NCBI RefSeq assembly: GCF_963921235.1
Contig: NC_086108.1
Span: forward strand, 37,698,001 to 37,762,000
Direction: 5' to 3'
Length of the DNA stretch: 64,000 nucleotides
From: Mobula hypostoma
Taxonomy: Eukaryota
Position 1 is the first letter of the stretch, and each line of letters opens with the position of its first letter. The translations under genes and the position numbers were made by a program. Positions 52,420 through 64,000 of the stretch are shown in pieces. Below the pieces are notes generated by a model. The model searched no databases, was not told the origin of the DNA, and saw only the letters and a list, made by a program, of their open reading frames with translations.

Positions 52420-53570
52420 AGTATGAGTCAAGAAGTCACATTGCAGCTATATCAAACTTTGGTTAGGCCACATTTGGAGCATTGTGTGTCGTTCTGAGTA
52501 CCCCATTACAGGAAATATTAGGAAGCTTTGGAGAAGGTGCACAGGAGTTTCATTGGGATGCTACCAGGATTAGAAAGTATTAGCTATCGGGACAGAGTGG
52601 ACAGACATGGATCGTTTTCTCTAGAGCATTTCAGTCTGAAGGAAGAACTGATTGAAGTCCCTAAGATTTTGAGAGGCAAAGATAGGGTACATAGTTGGAG
52701 TCTTTTTCCTTGGCTTGAAATGTCAGGTATTAAAGGTCGTAACTTTAATGTGAGAGAAAAAAAATTAAGGGAGATGTAAAGTGTTTGCTTTACACAGAGA
52801 GTATTACGTGTCTGAATCACACTGCTGGGGCTGGTGGGGTGAGGCTGGTGAAAGCAGATAAGATAGTGCCATTTAAAGGGCATTTAAATAGACACACTGG
52901 CATATGGACGTGAAGGGAATGGAGGATATATGGATCATGTGCAGACAGATGGGAATTTCATTTTGGGTCATAGTCAGTACAATAATTGTGTGCTGAATGG
53001 CATGTTCATTGGGTACTGCTGAAGCTTTATGAGGTGTCGGTCAGACCACATTTGGAATGTTGTGAGAAATTTAAGGAAAAATGTGCTGATACTGGAAGGG
53101 GTTCAGAAGAGGTTCACAGGATTGATCCCAGGAATGAAAGTCTTAACGTATATGGTGAGGTCTGTACTCACTGAAATTCAGAAAAATGGGGAGAATCCCA
53201 CTGAATCCTTATGAATACTGAAAGGCCATGAGTCGATATGGGGAATATGTTTCCATTAGTAAGAGAGTCCAGGATCTGAGGATACAGCCTCAGAAATAAA
53301 TGGCCATCCTTTTAAAACTGAGATGAGGAGGAACTTCTTCAACCAGAAGGCAGTGAGTCTTTGGCATTTGTTGCCACAGAAGGCTGTGGATGCCAAGTCA
53401 TTAGGTACATTTAAGGCAGAGATTGCTAGGTTCTTGACCAGTAAAGGGTTTAAGAGTTATGGAGTGAATAGGATTGAGAAGAGAGGGAAAAAAAATCAAC
53501 CATTACTGAATGGCAGAGCAGAATTAATGGGGTGAAAGGCCTAATTCTGCACTTATGTATTATGGTCTTG
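52420..53570 (+). mobile_element. Two tandem CR1 3' fragments
   Basis: LYQTLVRPHLE, MLPGLES, MRRNFFNQKAVSLWHLLP; tail tattatggtctt. Confidence 0.8.
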
Positions 53571-53869
53571 TGTTTTGACCCCAGGGTAATTGAGATGATT
53601 GAGATGGAGATTAATGGGAGGACTGAGAGTTAGGAATTGCACGGTGAAGGTGACCAGTCATAAGTCAAAATGTTCACATTGATCAATCGGTACATGAAAG
53701 TGATGTAAGATGATAATTAACAATGAAGCGCAGGATGAAGGTGGACCGGAGATCCTTGCAGCCCTTGCTGAGCAGGGCATAGATCAGAACACAGGAGCTG
53801 TAAGTCAGAGGTGATTTTACTTAATTCATTTTTGGACACAGGGAACCACTACAGGACCAGAAATTATTG

Positions 53870-54245
53870 TCTATCTCTAAATGTCCTTGTGGGTAGCAAA
53901 ATGGAAATATATCTCCAACAAAGGAGGTGTAAGGCGCTCCTTCCCTCCCTTTGGGCAAAGTGAGGCACCTGGTTAGACTCCGATCAGGGTCATGTGAAGC
54001 CATGGGAGCCAGCGGTGGATGGTCAGATGAGCAGCTGGTGCATATCACATCTTGGTCATGTGACCACTGACGCCAGGAAGACAATCTCTGAGGGGTATTG
54101 ATAATGGCTGAGGTCACCTTCCTTGTAAGTCACTGCCCAGAAGAAGGCAATGGCAAACCACTTCTGGGGAAAAATTTGCCAAGAACAATTATGGTCACGG
54201 AAAGAGCATGATTGCTTGCCTCATACAACACAGCACATAATGAAC
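53870..54245 (+). mobile_element. RTE/BovB-related short repeat
   Basis: Contains GAAGAAGGCAATGGCAAACCACTTC, resembling the conserved BovB/Sauria-SINE motif. Confidence 0.5.
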
Positions 54246-54654
54246 AAACCAATTGTCCTGATAAGGTGGTGCTGATTTGCTTTCTTGAACTGCTGCAGTT
54301 CTTCTGAAGGTAAACCCACAGTGTGGTTGCATAGGGAGTTTCAAGACTGAGCCTATAATGATGATGGGCCACTGTATATATGTTTCTAAGGCAGGATGAT
54401 ATTACTTCTGGGATGGAAGACTTGTGGACAGTGGTGTTTTCACGTATTGCTGCTTCTGTTCTTCATAGTGGTATTTTTAAGAGATGCTGTCGGTACAAGC
54501 TGGTTCAGCTGGGTTTGGTGTAACAGTAAGAAAATGGCAGATACCATCAGTACACATGGACTATAATTTACCTGTAAGCAATTTAAGTTGCATTACACCT
54601 TGCACAAATAAAGTGGATGGCACTCTACCTACAGAAGGAGGAAGCGATCTACAA

Positions 54655-54980
54655 TGAGACATAACAGTATAATTAGACCAACTGGGCCATCAAATCTGCT
54701 TCTCCATTCCAGCATGGTTGACTTATCCCTCTCCACCCAATTCTCCTGCCTTCCCTCCGTAACACTTGACACTCTATCGAGAACCTATCAATCTCCCATT
54801 GATTTAGCCTCTACAGCTGTCTGTGACAATTAATTCCACAGATTCACCACCCTTTGACTATAGATATTCCTCATCTCTATTCTAAAGGGATGTCCTTCTA
54901 CTCTGAGGCTGTGCCTTCTGGTCCTTGTCTCCCTCACTATAGGAAACATCCTCTCCATGCCCGCTCTACTGAGGCCTTTC
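54655..54980 (-). mobile_element. CR1 3' end
   Basis: Colinear with 11726-12070. Confidence 0.8.
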
Positions 54981-55591
54981 TAGAATTGAGGAATCCTAGG
55001 GTGGACTCTATAGGCATGACAAGAGCACCTTTGCACTTATGGAGATCTCAGAGTTGAGAGACGAGCAAAATGTATGAATAGTTGCATCGATAATAGTGCA
55101 TGCATTGATAAATACTTATTAAAGTGTCTGTATGCAAATAATTGACAGCTTTCACAGGTTTCCTTTTTAAAGGATAAAGTATGCAAGTGTAAAGGTGCCT
55201 TTAAGAGCTGAGGGCACCGCATTTTGTGACCATTGTGCACTTTTGTAGCTAACACACTGTTTCAGTAATAATTCTTGCCTTCAATGAAGGATGTTCTGCT
55301 GTTAGTTCTGGGTTTATTATATGCTCATACAAGCAGGAAGACAGAGCCTACAGCTACTGCAAATGGAAGCTAACATAATATATACGTGGAAGCTAACAGA
55401 AATTTATAGCATATCAAGACTTGTCAGCTGGCTATTTGGCATTTTGATGGAATTAAAATAAGGCCTTATTTGGTTGTCTTGATTATAATAACCAAAGCAC
55501 CAGCATTTTACACATTAGATTTAGATTTAATGGCAGCGTGCTGGGGTTGCAGGTTTGTTTCAAAGAGTTATAAAAACAAGAGAAGTTCTAC

Positions 55592-55693
55592 CTGGTACAG
55601 AAGTGTATCCAACATGCTGATGCTGAAGACACGTCCAGCAGCAAATGGTTGACGAAACATGAACGCCAAATTGGAACCTTTCTCACGTTCCTT
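55592..55693 (-). CDS. KCNT2: KCNT2 internal coding exon, 102 nt, phase 0/0: [34 protein letters not shown]
   Basis: Minus-strand translation matches the recalled KCNT1/2 segment [34 protein letters not shown]. Acceptor ttctctccgacag, donor gtagaa. Not in the ORF track. Confidence 0.95.
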
Positions 55694-56339
55694 CTGTCGG
55701 AGAGAAAGGTTGTCTTTTATTTTTGTTTTCAGCAGAGCAACACTGCCTCTGACTGGCTAGTACAGGAAACACTGAAGCAGATCACAGCATAAATACAGTT
55801 AAAATTTGCTTAGAAATTGCAAGAATTATATGAGAGTTGATAGGACTTCAAAGAAAATGAATGTTTAGTGTTTTATTGAATTTTGATGAACATCATTTTT
55901 AAGTTATTTGAAAATACAGAAATCTATAAAAACAGTTCAATGTTTGAGTCAAAGATACTGATTGTTAAACCAGGCTGAGATATTAAGGGAAGAATCGTTT
56001 TCACAGGATACCTTCATTACGTCATGCTATTTATTATGTCATCGTCACATTTTGCTACAAGTCTGCGGATTGGTGTCCCAATGCAGTTGAAGGAGCTTTA
56101 CAACTGTGGCTTTTGTTCCATTATTTCATTTGTTGGGAAATATTGTTAAGCATGCTTTGAATGATCAGCACAGAAAAGATCACCATCTACCTTGCAACAT
56201 TTACATAATTTAATATCGCAGAGACCAGTGCACTCACATTGCAAATTACAATTCTGTTGAGCATTTCCATTCCATTAAAAAAAACCCAGCACAGTTCCAA
56301 CTAGAACATTCAAAATAATTATAATATTGCAAATGCTGG

Positions 56340-57790
56340 AAATGCATCTGTGATAGCTCTTTGCAACATCATGTTTGTGGGCCTACAAAGGAAAATGCAT
56401 CAAACTAAAAGCTCATGCATACAACATCGCCAACAGTAGTGGGAAAACTTGAAGATGGGGAAAACGTTGAAATCCAGAAAAATCCACTAAACAATAAATA
56501 GGGAAAAGGAAGATAGATTATGAAAGTAAACTAGCACAAAATATAAAAACAGATAGTAAAAGTTTATAATAATTATATAAAACAGAATATTGAGGCTAAA
56601 ATGAAACATGAGTCTCTTGAAAGATGAAAACATTGAGTAATGTGGAAATGACTGAGGCCTTAAATGGCTACTTTGTGGTACTCGTCATGGTGGATGATAT
56701 ATCTAACATGGAAAAAAGTAATGTTACCGATGTGATGGAAGGTAAGGACCTCAATACAATCACTGTCACCAAAGAGGTAGTGATGAGCAAACTAGTGAGC
56801 TTAAAAGGCAGACAAGCCCCCTGGTCCTGATGAGATGCATCTCAGGGTACTACAGAAATGGCAGAAGTTGTAGCGCCTGCATTTACCAAAGCTCTCTGGT
56901 TTATGGGCATATCCTGGCCAATTAGAAGACAACACATTATTTAAAAAAAGGATGTAGGCAAATGCATTTAACCATAGGTCAGTTAGCTTAATGTCTGCAG
57001 TAAGGAAAATGAAGAAAGAAGTGTTGACACAACTGGTTATAACTGGTTCCATCAGGCATATGCAGCATGGATTTATAAAGAGCTGGTCTTATTTGACAAA
57101 CTTACTGCAGTTCATTAAGCACAGATTATAGAGGGGTACTGGAGCTAACAGGCCTATAGTTACCCTTTTTTAATGCCTTTGTCTCTTCTTGAATTTGCTA
57201 TTTTCTTATTCACTGACACCCTTCCAGAACTCAATGAATGTTAAAACAATTCAACTGAAGGCTCTGCTATTTCTGCAGCCATTTCCTTTAAAATCATCAG
57301 GTGTGAGCCATGGGGTCACATTGACTAGTCGGCTTGAATCCTATTAATTTTTCCAAAACTTTGTAGCAATCCCTATCATGAGGGATTTAAGCTCTTCCAT
57401 GCTACTTGGAAATTGCCTTAAGAAATCGTTAGGACATTTACCATGTCCTCCACTCTAAAGACTGATGCAAAGTGTTATTTTAAACTTGCATGCCATTTCT
57501 GTTTTTCCTGTTATGAGATCCTCATCTCGCCCTTTCGGGGTCCCACATTTACTCTAGCTATGTTTTTATTTTCTATATATAAGCATGGAAGCCATTGTTC
57601 TTTGTTTTGATTTGTGAGTCAGTTTTCTCTCAATTGATCTTCTCCCTCCTAAAGATTAAAAAGACAAATCTTTTTAGCCTTTAGTGATTGGTTCCTGTCA
57701 AATTCCCTGGTCCTCTAATTGTACTTGCCACTTTATGTGCTCTAGCTTCGTTTTGTCTATTCTGTTTGCTTCCTAATGTAGGAGGCCATT
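56340..57790. mobile_element. Old CR1 ORF2 fragments (plus ~56340-57115, minus ~57120-57790)
   Basis: MTEALNGYF, PGPDEMHLRVL, LFKKG and QHGF remnants. Confidence 0.6.
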
Positions 57791-57834
57791 CAATCTTCCA
57801 TGCTCATGCTGACTTCCAAGGAATTAATCCCATT

Positions 57835-58200
57835 TGCCTTCTTAGAGTCCTCTACTGTTCTTTACTGCCTGTTACGCCACTGGCATTTAGGACAGCAAAG
57901 AAGGCCCTCCTCTCTGTCTGTCCATACCGTCACACACAGATATAGAAGGAGTATTCATTGCTGTTTTCATAACATTGTTTTTAACCAGTCAGGATTGTTA
58001 GCCCTGAGTGGAACACCCAAGCCTGGAGAACCGGTGGACCACTCTTCGTCTGGCATCTACCCTTTGACCTGTTTAGGATGGGTGAACCGACCAAGAGTCA
58101 AAGCTCAAGGCCCTGACTCTAGCCAACATAGCTCTCTGGGTCATTGAGGCATGCCACCCTCCAAACCCTATGACAAGGTTGTACACCTCTTGGAGGTGTT
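57835..58200 (-). mobile_element. Probable non-autonomous RTE-type element
   Basis: GC-richer block resembling RTE 5'UTR and 3'-end sequences; recognised by pattern only. Confidence 0.35.
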
Positions 58201-58249
58201 CTCTCTGTTGCTTGCATCTTATTCTATCACTAACATGACAGGGAGGAGG

Positions 58250-60160
58250 TGTTGAGGTGTTCCAACTTGACAGATGATAAGAGGCATGGGTACTTTAGAA
58301 TGGACGGTCAGTGCCTCTCTCCCCAGAGCAGCAATGGATAATACCTGAGGACATAATGATAAGGTGAGCAGAGGAAAGGTTACGTGAGATATCAGAGAGT
58401 GGTAACTACCTGGAACACACTGCTTGGAGTGGTGGTAGAGGCTAATACACTAGGGACACCTAAGAGACTCTTAGATGGGCGTATGGATGAAAGAAAATGG
58501 AGGGCTACATAGGAGGAGGGAAGGGATGGATTGATGTTAGAATAGGTTAAAAGATGGACATATCATTGTGGGCTTAATGACCTGTACGTGTTGTAATGTT
58601 CTGTGTTATTTGTAGAAGTACATTAAGTTGGATAAACTTCCAAGACCTAACCGTGTGGGAAGCTAGAGAAGAAATTGCAGAGGTCTTTGAAGAGATTTTT
58701 GATTCATCTCTTGCCATAGGGATTCTGGAAGTCTGGAGATTGACTCGCATGATGCCACTTTTATTTAAAAAGGGTAACAAACATAAACTGGGAAACTACA
58801 GGCTAGTGAGTCTGTCATCATTGATTGATGAATTGCTGGAGGCGATGCTGAGGAACAGAATCTACCAACAGACAAGGTCTGATTCAGCACATCCAGAATG
58901 GCTTTGTGTATGTGAAGTTATGCCGGACAAATTCTTGGAGTTCTTGAAGGATGTAAGCAAAAGTGTAGATGAGGTTAGAGTAGTGGATGTTGTGTATATG
59001 GACTTTTGTAAGGCCCTTGACAAGGTCCTTCATAGCAGGCTAATCTGAAAAGTTAGATTGTATGGGCTCCAATGGAAAATAACAGACTGGATTCATACTT
59101 GTCTCAGCCGTTGAAAGCAGAGTGCAAAAGTCAGAGGTAGCTTCTCAGACTGGAGACCTGTGCTTGTTGGTGTGCCAGGGGGGTCAGTGCTTGGACCTTT
59201 GTTGTTTGTAATTTATCTATGTGATTTGTATGCGATTGTACAAGGCAAGGTTAGCAAGTGTGCAGATAACATTAAAATAGGTAGATAGTCAAGAAGGTTA
59301 TGAAAAATTATAGGGTAATTTTGATCAACTAGGTATGTGGATTAAGGATTGACCAATACCCTTCAATCTAGATTATTATGCGGTACTTGTACATGAATGA
59401 TAAGGCCCGGTTGTGGGGGGGGGGGGCGCGTGTGTTATGGAACAGAAGAACAGAAGGACTACAAGTGTGTTATGGAACGGAAGGAGAACAAGTACATAGT
59501 TTGCTATAAGTTACATCACAGGATAGGGTACTGAAGGTGATGTTTGACAACCTGGCCTTTTACAGTCAGAGCATTGAGTACAGGAGTTAGGAAATTGTCT
59601 CAGCTACATGACACAATGGTGAGGCCATACTTTAAGTATTGTGTATAGTAATAGTCACCATGCTTTAAGAAAGATGTTATTAAACTAGAACAAGCACAGA
59701 AAAGATTTACCAGGATGTTGTCTGGGCTTGGGAGCCTAAGGTATAAGGAGAGGTTGCATCGACTAGGACTTTGTTCCCTGGAATATAGAAGACTGAGGAG
59801 TGACCTACTTGAAGTATATATCATGAGGGACATACACCATGTGAAAGATGAAAGTATATAGTCTTTTCCACTAGGGAGGAGATGGTAAAACAAGGGAGCA
59901 TAGGTTTAAGATTACAAATGAAAGGTTTAGAAGAGACATCAGGGGCAGTTTCTTCATGCAAAGGGTGGTCTTTATTTGGAAAGAACTGCTAGAAATAGTG
60001 GGCAAGGCAAGGACGAGCAATGTTTATTAGCCATCTAGTTAGGGCCATAGGATAGGAGAGGCTAACAGGGCTATGGGCCAAACATGAGCAGACGGGCCTA
60101 GATTGCTGGGTGAAACATTCAGATTGGACAAGTTGGGCCAAAGGACATGTTTCCATGCTG
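58250..60160 (+). mobile_element. Decayed CR1 LINE RT and 3' ends
   Basis: ORF 58596..59048 (LFKKGNKHKLGNYRLVSL, VVDVVYMDFCKALDKV); GVPGGSVLGPLLF. Confidence 0.85.
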
Positions 60161-60267
60161 AATGACAATCGCATACCCATAAGCTCCTCTGAAATTGTTT
60201 TATTCCCATTAACCCATACCAAGGGATAATTTACAGCAAGCCAATTAATCTACGGACAGGGAGATAT

Positions 60268-60390
60268 TAAAGACTGCAGATGCTGGAGTCTGGAGCAATA
60301 GGTAAGAAACTGAAGGAACTCAGCAGGCCAGGTAGTATCTGAGGAGAAAAATCGACAGTTGACAGCAAGTCAAGACCCTTCATCTGGTTC
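60268..60390 (-). mobile_element. PLE pLTR/tail fragment
   Basis: actgcagatgctggag...gaaggaactcagcaggccagg...gacccttcatctgg. Confidence 0.75.
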
Positions 60391-63300
60391 AGCATCCTGT
60401 TTATTGCTTTTAACCTGCCTTTGGGAAATAAATGGAAATCAACGCATCTATCAGAAACATGCATAGTTACAGAAAGAAATTCCACATACACAGCATTGTA
60501 GGTCTGGTTTAAACCTAGGTTACTGTAAGGCAGAATCACCACCTATTGCACCACTCTTACATCTTTAGACCTTGGGCAGAGCCATAAAATAGGCCATTGG
60601 GGCAAAGCTTTGGGTTCTTATGGAAGAAGGTGGCAGGAGGGTGGAATTTTAACTCACCCCATTAAAAGAAGAATATATGTAAAACACTTAAGATAAAATA
60701 AGTCCTAGTTCTACTTTGTCATTTCTTTCAACCATTTTTATCCAAATAATGACAAGACTAAGTGATTACACAAAGTGTTATTAAGGCAAAGAGCAAGTTG
60801 TAGAAGTTGGAATAGAAAATGGGAAGAGGAATTAAAGCATGTCAGTATAAATGCTGACATATACACAACAGCTGAGTAGCTGTAAATTCTAAATAATTCA
60901 TTATAATTCTGCACCTTGTGCCATGTTAACTCCACTGCTAGGGCGGTGCACGAGGCCTTTTATAGATTCTGGGATAAACATTATTAATGAATGAAAAATG
61001 GATAGAAATTCATTCTATCACATCATGTGCCAGCAGCCTACTTATGTACTGGTAGTTGTCCCCCTGACCTTCGCAAGGCATTTATGGTTGTATGCCCAAT
61101 ATTTGAAAATCTGACAACTGAAGGGCAGAGAAAGCTGGCTGCTGAAATCTGCTAGAACTCTGACAGAAATACTTGGGCAGTTGTTCTTTCACTGGGAATT
61201 AAGAGCACCAGTTCTTCCTTTGGCACTGAATAGAAGGATACTGGGAGGTAACCAAATTAGTAAATACTATAGGTAATGTTTTAGAAACCTAGATGCAGAC
61301 AATTATGATGAATTGTGAGATTAGCATCAGGTAACTCAAATTCAAACCAACGACAGGCAGATCTAAGAATCGTATTAGAAAATTATTCTTCACACAGACA
61401 CATAAACACGGAGAATAAACTCCAGTTAGGTTACTGGAAAAAAACAATCTAAAAATCATTTTAGAAGCAATGGATTTTACATAGTGAGGACTTCAGTATC
61501 TTTCTTGTTGGATGAGTCGTAAAATGATTTCTTGATTATTTTGTGACCCATACAAAATTGGCAGGGGCCTCATCTGCCTGTCTTGAATGTTCTGGGGTTA
61601 CCAAATACACATTTTATTTATTCCTTTGCAGGCTGCAGACATTGCTGGCAATTCTGTTATCTATTGTACACTGGAAACTCTCCTCAAATTGAATCTGGAG
61701 CTACATAAAGGCAGACTTTCTTTCACGAAGAAACCTGAAGGATTAGTCAATGAACATCCAGTAGTTTTCTTTCCATTGTTACTAATTAAAAATTCCAGAT
61801 GCATTTAAATACTTGAATTAAATTCTCCAGCTGCTACAGTGAAATTCAATGACCGTGTCAAACACTTGAACAACAAGAATCAGAATCAGCTTTAATATCA
61901 CTGGCATCTGTTATGAAATTTATTAACAAGGATTTTATTTCTCCATTTAAGAGCTGGCAAAGAATGCATAGGAAAAGGGAACCAGTCCAAAATCTGAAAG
62001 CACAAAGTAATGATAGCAAAAATTGAAAATTTTAAAGATCTACAATGAAAAGCTAATTTATGTAATCTTTTAACTGTAAGTGAAAATCTAATACAGAAGC
62101 TATGGTCAAAATACAGTTATCACTGAAATATAACAATTAAGAAAAAAAGAAAACGAGATAAGGATGGAAATATTACTATGATTTAAGATATATATTTTAC
62201 CAAAGGGGAGACATCTAGGATACCCTACTCGCGGGTGAAGGGAGTGATGGGAGATTTGCAACCAGAGATGTCCCACTCAGGATATTTTACTTCTTGAAGA
62301 TGTAACTTGCATCTCGGACAAAATAATTTTAGTGACTTATTTTCTTGCAATGTATTCTTTTTGTACCATTGCTACCACTATGATATAGAGTATCAGAGGA
62401 CATAGATGAATTTATCAATGTGATGAAGGCTAAAATCTGCTGTTTACACCAAAGCAGTCAACCTGCTTATCAACACTGCTACAAACACACACTGCACCAA
62501 TAAATTCAAAAAAATGAATAGTAAATATTTATTGCATCTGTTACTTTTGGAATGAAAAACTGCATGAACCCAAAGAGTGAAAGTCTTCCTTTCCTATACT
62601 TGATTTACAATTTAAATCTTCTCTCCCAAAATTATTTATCATTATATCTGGATGTATGAAATATTCTACATTTGTCCTTTAAAGGTATAACACAGCTCTT
62701 CCAAGTAGGTTGCATACTGGAGACTCAAGAGTTCGTAGTTGCATGTTTCTGTTTTCGTATCATTGGCATGATCTGATAAATTCTAAATCCACATCAGAAA
62801 TTACAGAGCAGCTAGAAATTGAAAAGTACCCATTGGATTTCACAATCCACTGAATTTCTTCTACACTGGTTACACAATGAAAGATACACAACCTCAGAAG
62901 TGAAGGAACATTTTTTTTTAAGATTCAGCACAAAATCAAGAATTCACAGCAAGAACTGGAAACACAAGAATTTGATTGACAGATACATATACACAAATGA
63001 GTAAAATAAAAGCAGAGTAAAATCTTATAGGATTGAAGCAAGTCAGCCATAAGCAAAACAGAGAATTGAACTACAGCCCTTTGGTGCTTTCAGCATAACC
63101 TCAGCAGCCTCTGTCCCGGTCTTTTACATTTTTATATAAAGTGAAATACCTTGTTCCATGTCAATCAAATTCCTGAGTAGCCAACCTGTGAATTCTTTAT
63201 TATAAATCTGGAAACTCGTTAATCCTTGGTGACCTTTATACCTGGTATAACAATTCTATTAAATCTGCTGTTCAACCTATATTTTATTTTTATAAATGTA

Positions 63301-64000
63301 ACAGCATGACATAGGCAATCAAATATGTAATTACTAAAATCAAAAAGAATTCACAAAATTGTTGCCTGCAATACATTAATTTCTTTCTTGACCAATCCCA
63401 CTGGTGCTCCACTGCTAGTTCGAATTACATGGAGTAGCATGAAAGACAAATTAACATCCAATGCCTTGTCAATCATGCAAAGATTTAATTCTTTGCTTCC
63501 ATATTAATTATTACTTGGACTATACATGCATGCAGCTACTATTATAAATTCTCATTTCCCTTCTTCCCAAATGAGATCTAACATTAAGTACATTTTGTTT
63601 GGAGGAACACTGGAGGCTCTGACAATTTTTTCTATTTGCAGTTTGCATATATAATGCAAACTGACAGAATTCAAAATAATTAATAGCTGCTGATGCAGAT
63701 CATCAAATAAATGCTGCTGTACTGTGGCAATGAACCACCTTGAAGCGATAGGGAGTAAATTTCAGAAGCAGAGTTTAATGCGTATGCACTACCACATCCT
63801 GTATTTAGCATACCTAAGAGAAGATGACTTTCTATTACTCAGTTCCTGTTTGCTGGCTGATTGAAAAGCGTAAAAGTGTGAATGTTGACAAAAGGGAGGA
63901 TCATATTCTGAGATATTGATCCCACACAATCAAATAGCTCACTCCATGAAGCTGGTATGAGGAAATTGTGAGAAAAATACTGAACAGTTTAAAATAGAGC

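Noticed and set aside
55694..64000. Preceding KCNT2 exon (LFSSLSIITELTH...SKLEK)
   Set aside because: No matching minus-strand sequence found by eye; probably beyond the window.

Overview
Eukaryotic (vertebrate) genomic DNA, not prokaryotic. The repeat content (elasmobranch-type CR1 LINEs, Penelope-like elements, HE1-like SINE, Rex1/Babar, Tx1) suggests a cartilaginous fish, probably a ray; this is inference. The window lies inside the sodium-activated potassium channel gene KCNT2 (Slick/Slo2.1) on the minus strand. Three consecutive coding exons of the cytoplasmic C-terminal (RCK2) region have canonical AG/GT sites: 55592-55693, 51733-51816 and 28727-28855. The rest appears intronic and is densely packed with decayed, often nested transposons, so nearly all other ORFs in the track are TE fragments or noise. 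Most notable: (1) a Tc1 copy very close to teleost Sleeping Beauty in both transposase and right IR/DR, a horizontal-transfer candidate; (2) Penelope-like fold-back insertions with TSDs, whose junctions or 5' ends cluster at a minimal hammerhead ribozyme motif; (3) two copies of a Charlie-like hAT element carrying the same captured CR1 3' end; (4) an unexplained ~550-bp degenerate palindrome; (5) an L>Q change in a conserved KCNT motif. I cannot demonstrate a wholly new biological system. Repeat boundaries without TSD/TIR support are approximate, and comparisons to reference sequences are from memory.
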